DNA of 63,294 nt, filler included, from Intoshia linei (Eukaryota; Animalia; Orthonectida), in assembly GCA_001642005.1 (NCBI GenBank). It is 7 parts of 7 records of this genome, joined end to end, with 100 filler letters (N's around TTAATTAATTAA, not from the genome) between each part and the next. Parts side by side here need not be neighbours in the genome. Positions count along the whole stretch, not along the records: positions 52,349 to 60,837 come from LWCA01001463.1; positions 60,938 to 63,294 come from LWCA01002333.1; 5 more parts are not named here. One strand, 5' to 3'. Below are positions 54,968 through 63,294 of the stretch, piece by piece. Under the pieces are notes generated by a model that was not told where the DNA came from, searched no databases, and was given only the letters and a program-made list of their open reading frames with translations. The first letter of the stretch is position 1; each line of letters begins with the position of its first letter. The position numbers and the translations under genes were made by a program.

Positions 54968-55715
54968 CAGAGCCGTTTTAAGGTATGGGCAATATAAGCT
55001 GTAGCCCAGGGCCCCTCATTAAAAAAGGCCACCAAATTAATAAAATTACTTTACATTTATATCTTTAAAAGAGGCCCCAATTTATTAAAAAATACTTTAC
55101 ATTTATATCTTAAAAATCAGTTTATAAGTTTTGAAGTGTGGGAATTCAAATAGTTAGCTCGAAAATAGTTTAAATGATCCAAGTTCTGGTAATTACAGTG
55201 GTCGCTCCCTAAATTGAACAGTATTTAAATACACTCAGCGATCACTGTACACGGTAAGAATATACATTCCCGCTTTTGAACATGAACACAATTTATTGTG
55301 ATTTTTCTCATAAATTTGTTGTAATTTAATTAATTTTCTATACAATTTAAGAAATTTATAAGAAAATGCGAGTTCTTTAATTTGAACAATTCATTTATTT
55401 TAAAATTTATATTTTTTTCATAAATTTCACAATAAATATAGTATGAAATAATTAACTACAGTGTTCAATCTCTAAAACTTGAACACCATCCATTTTTTTG
55501 CAGTTAGTGTTCAATTTAGAGAGCGATCACTGTATTCAATTTAAAATATAATGTTTTTATTAATACTAAATGAAATAAGACTCTAAGTCTCCAACATACA
55601 GTATCCCCTGTCTTCTAAACAGGGGACATAAATTTTTTTATTGCTTGGCTCGAAATTTTAAAAGGCCCGGCCCTTTGCTTAGCCCAGGGCTACGAAGTGG
55701 CTTAAGACGACTCTG
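54968..55715. mobile_element. hAT MITE carrying a nested Tc1/mariner-type MITE (55196-55532)
   Basis: TIR cagagccgttttaag / cttaagacgactctg; TSD agtagaac / agtagacc; nested TA|cagtggtcgctccctaaattgaaca..tgttcaatttagagagcgatcactg|TA. Confidence 0.9.
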
Positions 55716-57005
55716 AGTAGACCTGTGTCCTGAATTAAAGATACAAAGATAACTTGCGGGGAAGATGAAACTTTATTGCGAAAAAGATGTTATGGTTGAT
55801 ATTGTTTAACAAATTGTCTATTAATATTACATGGACTCTATATTCTGAATAAATATTCCTATATTTGAGTTAATGACTCTTATCTAAAGCATCATTAAAC
55901 ATTTTATCTTAATTAATTTCTAATTTCTAATTGTTGATATTTTTTTGAAGATGTAGTAATTTAAATTTTAAACTTAAAACGATGTTATAATAAAAATACA
56001 TTACTTTATAGATGATTTACATTATCTAATTATTAGACTACCCGGATCATTAATTATTTTACATTTATTATAATTTAAAAATGAAAAAAAATATACATTA
56101 TATAATTTTTTAAGCATAAAGGCGTCAAATGCGGAGATTTATATTAATATACAGGTATAAAATAATTATCTATGATTTTGAAAAATTTCAAGTACTTTTA
56201 GTTTTTTTTACTAATAATACATAATAATTTGCAAAATAATTCACTAAAATTAATTTAAAATATGCATAATAATTTTTTTTATACAATTTAAATTGCGAAT
56301 GTTTTAAATAATAGATGTGACAGCTGTTTGTAATTTGAAATTCAATATTCTTTTAAAATTGATATCTATTATTATATTTATAAATAAATTTGCTTAATAA
56401 TATTTAAATTTTTGAAATAACAAATTTATATGATTAACCCAGAGAAAGGTACTTATTATATGTTTTGTTAACGATAGTATTATAAAAATATAAGTCAGTT
56501 TTTCCAATCTAGCCGTTTTTGTCTACCATTTATAGCTCTTTTCTTATTATTTTTTTCAATTTATGCAATATGTAAATCTATGAGAATTTTAAATTAATTG
56601 AAATGAAACAAGAGTGATATTAAAAGAATCTTTAAAATTAAAAAATTTTTTACAGTTTCTACTCCAATATGAGCTATTCTAGGAAAAATTATCGATGCTT
56701 TTGAGGCCCGTCACAACAAAATGTATAAGATATAGACCTTCGTATTTTTACTTGACCATCCTGATATATAGTATACAAAATGAAGACAGTAATTTAAAAA
56801 TTATACTTTAAACTTTTACCATAATACAATTAGTATACATTTAATTTTCTCGTGTATTCTTTATTTTCAATTTTAAAAATGTATACAGTATTCTTTTTAC
56901 AATTTGCACAGCTGAATCTGAGTATTATTGGCAAATTAGATAAATACCAGAGAAAAAAATATTACAATTAGAGACAGAATACTATACTGTAATATGCTAT
57001 TTAGA

Positions 57006-59740
57006 TATAGAAAACCAGCCTAACGATTGTGATTTAGAAGCATTAGATTTAAAAAATGTAAATATCTCAAATATTATTATAACATATAACATTGATAATA
57101 GTATGATTTGAATAAATTATAATTTAATATTTTTAATTTTTAACACGACTAAAAACAGAATTTAACCACATAATGCGATACGGCTTAACCGTTGGCGTAT
57201 CAGGGTTCACTGGGATTAGAAAAATAATGCTTTTTATATGTAGAAGGAAAAGTATTATAGAACAAATTCAAAAATATTACAAAAAAATGATTTGGGGAAT
57301 ATAGAAATAATACAATTGAAAAGTCTGACTGATATAAATCAACAAATATTGTTGATTGAAAATTGGATAAAAAAAGTTTCAGAAATTTATTCCAAAATTG
57401 ATGATGAAATTAATCTTTATGAATTATCAAAAAATGATGAACAACATTCTCTTAAAAGAGTTATTAATCGATATTATGACATAAAAGTATAATATTATCG
57501 ATAATACTTTGAATATAACCCATAAATAATTTTAAACAAAAATTAATTCGATTTATATTGATTTACATTAGCACATATGTAATATTTATAATTTACAATG
57601 TACATTGAGTTTATTCATTATTTTATGAGTATATCACATCATACAATCTTTAATAATTTAGAATAAAAGTTCCCAAACTAATTTTGTCTCCATAGAAAAA
57701 TTGACACTGGTAGAATTACCATAAACCCAATTTGTAATACAATTTTTCGCAAGAAATGTTAATATCTATCTTTTAGTTTTCGAATTTGAGTCATTGAGGG
57801 TCAAAAACCCAATTTAAATTTTCCCTTTAGTTTAGTAATAAATTCGACCCAAAAATTTAATAAAATATAAATTCTGAGATGTGTTTTAAAGTCATTACCA
57901 TTGTCGTAAATATCAGCTTCAGAAGCGCAAACCTTCATGGTCAAAACTATATATTACCATTTATAAATTCTGGCATTATTTTTAAAATCGTAAGAATTGT
58001 TATAAATCGCAACTTCAAAAAAGATCATTTCACGATTAAAATCCCAGATTACCCTTTTTTTATAAAATGAAAATAATCCCAGAATTTAAAAAAGAAGTAC
58101 AACTGATACAGTCATATCCAGTTAATAGACTCCTAAAATTTTAATCTGATAAAATAAGCCTTCACGGTCAAAAAAGCACTTTAGCATTAATTTTTTTATT
58201 TTGAAACTATTTTATTAAAATAAAAAATATAATTGCCCAGCATAAAAAGGTTGGGAAGCACTGCTCTATAATTAATTCAATTTTTTTTATTATTAGATAT
58301 TTTAAAATTCGATATAAAATATTAATAAAAATATTATTATACTAGCTTGATTTTAATTTACTAGATACAAATAGCATCCTCGTTTTCACCGGGACTTTAA
58401 TCGACCAAAAAAATAAAATCAATAAAAAAATCCTACAATGTACTTAAAATGCTACTATTCACTATTATTAATCCTTTAAATATGTGGTTCCTATATTTGT
58501 TTCACCAAAGACCGGTCATTTCACATAACCTTTTAATTTAAAGTGATTTATTTCCACTTAATTTTATTTTGTTAAAATTTAAAGTTAAATTGGGTCAAGA
58601 ATTTTAAAAACAATTTGTTAGCTCGTTTTTTTAATTTATTAAAGAAAATGAATTATAAAACAATAAAATTGTAAATACCGTTGTTTTCTTTTTAACCCAT
58701 TTTTCCTAAAGTCCTACAAAAGGAAATATTAAAAGATGAATAACGTTCATATTATGCAAATTTTATATAATTACATATAGCATATTTAGAATCGCGTAGG
58801 CTTTCGGAATTCATTTTTCATGGTTATGAGATTATTAATTGGGTCTCTTACCGTTTACAGTTAATAAAGTGTTTGTTTTTTTTTCTTAAAAAAATTAATT
58901 AGATTTTGCAAAGTAATACGTAATAGTTGTCTTCTTTTCTTGGCTAATCAGTTCTGTACAAATTACATTATCAAGATCTTAAAAGAATTTTAAAAAACTA
59001 TATTTAATTTTTAAATAGTAAATTAGATGATACAATAATTAAAAAAAACAAACAATTTAGATATTCATTGAATTTTTGAGAATATGTGAAACAACTATAG
59101 AAAGTGGTATAGAAAATATTGTAAATTGGATTACTACAAACAAAAATTTGATTCAACTTGAAAATAAACACATTTTAGAATCACCTCAACTCATTGCCTC
59201 AAAATGGCAAGAAAATTGCATTAAATTTATAAATAAACAAAATGTGTAACATTTTAATTCATTATATAATTATTATTATAACATACAGTAACTTGAAAAA
59301 TACAATTTACATTTACTTCAATGTAATTATGTTTCGGAAACATAAAATTTATGTTATGTTAATAAAAAAATTAATAATGTAAATAAAAAATGAATGATAT
59401 AACGAAGTAAAATTTCATATTCCAATAATTTGAAACTTATAATGCCACATTGTGAGATTCAAACAAATAAATTATATGGATTTATTTAATATTGGTGGAT
59501 TATTTGGTTGAGATTATTAAGTTTCTTATAATTTAAAATTGATATTAAATTTATAATCTAATTTAAATTTTTACTAAGATATTTAAAGTATGATAAGTAT
59601 TATAGAACAAATTCAAAAATATTACAAAAAAATGATTTGGACAATATAGAAATAATACAATTGAAAAGTCTGACTGATATACTTCAACAAATATTGTTGA
59701 TTAAAAATTGAATAAAAAAAGTTTCAGAAATTAATCTTTA
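57006..59740 (+). CDS. Exons of a helical, spectrin-repeat-like protein; one exon partially duplicated
   Basis: DIENQPNDCDLEALDLKN (57006-57058); ..INQQILLIENWIKKVSE.. (57244-57486); ..IESGIENIVNWITTNK.. (~59060-59243); decayed copy of 57250-57390 at ~59596-59735. Confidence 0.4.
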
Positions 59741-59829
59741 TAAATTATTGGTTTGAATTGAAATTAAAATTTACTAAGCTAAAATTCAAAATTTCCAAAT
59801 TGAAAATGTAAATTAATTTTAAAAAATTT

Positions 59830-60138
59830 GATACATTAAGCTCGCACCCAATAGCCAATAAGGCTGCATGTTTACCACCCTTTCTGGAAACCGTTTCCAG
59901 TTTCCAGTGATATACATAAAAAAATTTGTGCACTAACAATTTTGCGTACATCACAATGCGCAATGCATGGATAAAGATAAAAGTTATCCAGTCCTTTATA
60001 TGTCCCACTTAATTCTTTTTACAAGTTATAATATTGACTTGTGAGGATCAAACGGACTAAAATATTACATATTTGTCAATAATGTGGGTAATTTCAATTT
60101 TTATTATATAGCTGCATGGGCAATGTTGCAAAACCCTG
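59830..60138 (-). mobile_element. Decayed hAT transposase fragment (ZMYM1-like)
   Basis: LTSQYYN..ELSGTYKGL..LYPCIAHC resembles Q.YDG..MSG...G..HC.AH; a cagggttttgc terminus-like sequence lies at 60138. Confidence 0.35.
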
Positions 60139-60937
60139 ATGTATATAATGAAGTAAATTTTAACTATAAAGCATAACAGTTGAACAGTTATTTTAATTCT
60201 TAATTTTTGTTTATTTGATAATACTGTACATAATAATTAGGGCAAACAATGTCATAAAAATAATTATTTTTTTTAATAATAAAAAAATGTTAGAAATGTA
60301 AGAGGGAACTCTAATAAATACATTTACTGGGGTATATCGATTTTTAAAAAGTTATAAATGTCATATTTCTGACATAATTGTCATAATATTATTATTAAAG
60401 TAATAATTTATAAAAATGTTTATTCTCCTAACGAATATACCTAAAACGATAATATAAATTAACAATTTTCAATTATACTGTGTGAAATCAAATCAGCTAA
60501 AACTTATGCGCAGTTATTGAACAGTCAAACCTCATCATCAAGTGTTAAAAGATAAGTTTTTGTTGTTTTTGAAGAATATATTATTCGACGAAAGAAATTT
60601 TTTAAAAACAAATGTTTGTAAATATTTTCTATTGTACTATAACAGCGGTTCCCAACATACTTCACAGTTAACACCCCTAAGCTACAAAAAAAATTGTTAA
60701 AACTCTACTTGACCCAAAATATATATTTAAAAAATTGTTAATAATTAAACTGACGAAATAAGGGCGTAAATATATTTAATATTCAATCTTAAAAATACAG
60801 AGACTATCAAATAGACGTAAATACATAAGGAACTAAGNNNNNNNNNNNNNNNNNNNNNNNNNNNNNNNNNNNNNNNNNNNNTTAATTAATTAANNNNNNN
60901 NNNNNNNNNNNNNNNNNNNNNNNNNNNNNNNNNNNNN

Positions 60938-63294
60938 GTTAATTTTATTATAAGTCGTTACAGGTTGATAATATAGAATCAATAAGGAGATGTAGTAAAC
61001 TAAAGTTACTACATCTCCCTTGTTAGTTTAAAATTTTGGTATTTTGAGGGTAAGTGGATTTCTCTTTGAGAAGTTCTTGTACGGTATAAATTTTGTTGTT
61101 TAGAAAGAGTAGGTTGTTAGATTCAAAATTTTTATAGTGATGTGAGTTTTTTCTAACTTTTTTATCATGATAGAATTTCATTTTAGATTTATATCTATTG
61201 ATTTATGATAATAAATTTGAGTCAATACTGGAGTTTTTACATAGTGTTTGTATAGGAGAAAGTTGATTTTTACAAGTGGGAGAAAGCCGTATACTTGCTA
61301 AAACAGTATCAATTTTTTCATCCCAATTAGAGAAGTTTTCTTTACAAACTATCCTCAACTTTTCTCTATTGTGCGATTACAACGGTCTACAGCACCTATT
61401 TCGTGGTGTTGATAAGGTTTAGAGAAGGTATGTGAGTATCCGAAAGTTTTACTTAAATTCATCATAATTTCAGATTCAAATTGCTTACCTTGATCGGTTT
61501 AAACACGTTTTGGAGGACCATATCTAATTATAATGTGTTTCGATATGGCTTCCGTTACCGTTTCCGCATCAATTTGTGATACTACTTCAAACTCTGCATA
61601 TCCAGAAAAATGATCCACCATATTAATTATGTATTTGTTTCCAGATATAATAGGTGGGAACGGTCCTAAAATATCCACTTGCCATAGCTCATTAAAATAA
61701 GATGAATTTACTGATTGAAGTGGCTGTATGTTTGATGTTTTGATATATTACATTCTTTGTAATTTCTTGAATTTTCATTAACAGATTAGAAATATAACAA
61801 TTCTCTTTAATAATGTTATAGTTTGTTATTACCAGGATGGCTATAAAGTGAGGATTTGTGAAAATGGTTAATTACTTCATTCGTCATATTATACGGTATT
61901 AAAGGTCGAAAAATTCCACTTTGTTTGTTACACATTATAGTCTCGTCTATTACTTTAAGAGAATTACGTATGTAGAAATAGCGGTTATCATGAGGAATGG
62001 GTTGTTTCGATAATATCATTTCATTCAAATATACGCATTTCGGGATCAGCTTCCTGGTCCGTTTTAATACAGAGAGAATCGTCATTCAGCTTTAATTCGT
62101 TTATATCCTTGATACGTGACAGAAAATCTGCAGATTTGTTTTCAATTCCCGATCTATACACAGTTTTAAATTGAAGTTCTTCAAGACATTGGATCCAGCG
62201 CATGGTCATATTATCAACTTTATTGCTCTCTCTTATGTTCACAAAAGGATTATGATCCGTTATATGAACAAATGGCTTACCGAATAAATAGTATTTAAAT
62301 TTATTAGCAGCCCAGAATAAAGCGTAGAACCCCTTTTTAAAAACACTATATCTTTGTTGAGATGGTGAAAATGCTTTACTTGCAAATGCAACAACTTTTC
62401 CATTCTGTGTTAAAATCGCTCTAGCGCCTATATTGAAAGCATCAGTTTCTAACTTAAATCGAATACCAAAATTTATATGTACGATTAAAGGAGGTGACGA
62501 TAACATATATTTGAGTTTGAAAAATGCGGTGTTACTTTCTTTAGTTCAAAATAAATTTTTTTCTTTTTGTCAACAACATTCAAATTGAAAATGATATACA
62601 TGTACATTTGGTAAATCGAATGTTCGTTCATAATTCTTTGACAAGTTGCAGCAGCATTTACTAAGCCGAATGGCATGACTTTAAACTGGAAAAGTTTCTT
62701 TGAAATGGCGAAAGCTGTTTTGTTTTGTCTTCAGGGTATAAAGGTATGTGCCAAAAGCCAGAAGATAGATCAAAGACTGAAAATACCTTTTTATTGTTCA
62801 TCGAATCCATAATAGATTGTTGATTTGCAGTTGGATAAGCATCTGGTATGGTGATTCGGTTCAAACGTCGAAAATCTAACACCAGACTATGACTACCGTC
62901 CTTTTTATTAACAAAGAAATATGGTGAACGATAAGAACTATCAGATGGTTCAATGATGTCGTTAGTTAACATATCACGAATTTGTTCATTAAACTAGTTT
63001 CTAAGTGATTAGGGACTGGATAAATGGGACCATTTTTAAAGTTTTCACTCTTTTAAATTAATGTAATGATATTTACCATGGATACGCCCTGGTTTGGTTG
63101 AAAAGATATCAGAATATTTATTAATTTATGATGAACTCAAATGATATGATAGCTTTCATGATTTTTATGTAAGATAATTTTTATAGTTTTCCTTTTTACT
63201 TTTTAGCCCTAACATTGTTAAAATTGAAATCAAATGTGTAGAAATTTTTCATTCGGAAGAACAAAGATGACGTTCAATGCACGAAGTGTCAGAA
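60938..63294 (-). mobile_element. Ty3/Gypsy LTR retrotransposon, decayed pol (RT-RNaseH-integrase) with PPT and start of the 3' LTR
   Basis: IEPSDSSYRSP..KKDGS..LDFRRLN..DAYP..DLSSGFWHIP; MPFGLVNAAATCQR; LETDA..VAFASK..TDHNP..ADFLSR; WQVDILGP..VDHFSGY..RYGPP..TDQGKQFES; order RT-RH-IN; PPT aagggaga followed by TGTAGTAA at 61013. Confidence 0.95.

Overview
Very AT-rich eukaryotic (animal-like) genomic DNA, not prokaryotic. It consists of seven contigs joined by 100-nt artificial linkers (44N-TTAATTAATTAA-44N). Genes are split by many very short GT-AG introns (35-45 nt), so the six-frame ORF track mostly shows single exons or antisense shadow ORFs. The tiny introns and AT bias suggest a compact-genome invertebrate such as the orthonectid Intoshia; this is inference only. 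Host genes reconstructed by hand: (1) a very large minus-strand vinculin/alpha-catenin-family gene (~5.2-17.4 kb, possibly to 24.5 kb) that appears to have duplicated and reordered vinculin helical bundles; (2) a large exon ending in a MEINOX/TALE-like domain; (3) a complete but divergent RPS17, head-to-head with NAMPT (last exon or exons missing); (4) an LCAT/PLA2G15 pseudogene; (5) the last two exons of cystathionine gamma-lyase; (6) several orphan multi-exon genes. The rest is dense transposon debris: a Chapaev element with a RAG1-like zinc finger, a full-length IR/DR Tc1/Tc3 element, three piggyBac pieces, hAT remnants and MITEs, Helitron-like repeats, foldback-like minisatellite arrays and a decayed Ty3/Gypsy pol. 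No rRNA, tRNA or CRISPR array was seen. The best candidate for something undescribed is the expanded 'poly-vinculin' gene. All family assignments rest on remembered motifs, not on database searches.
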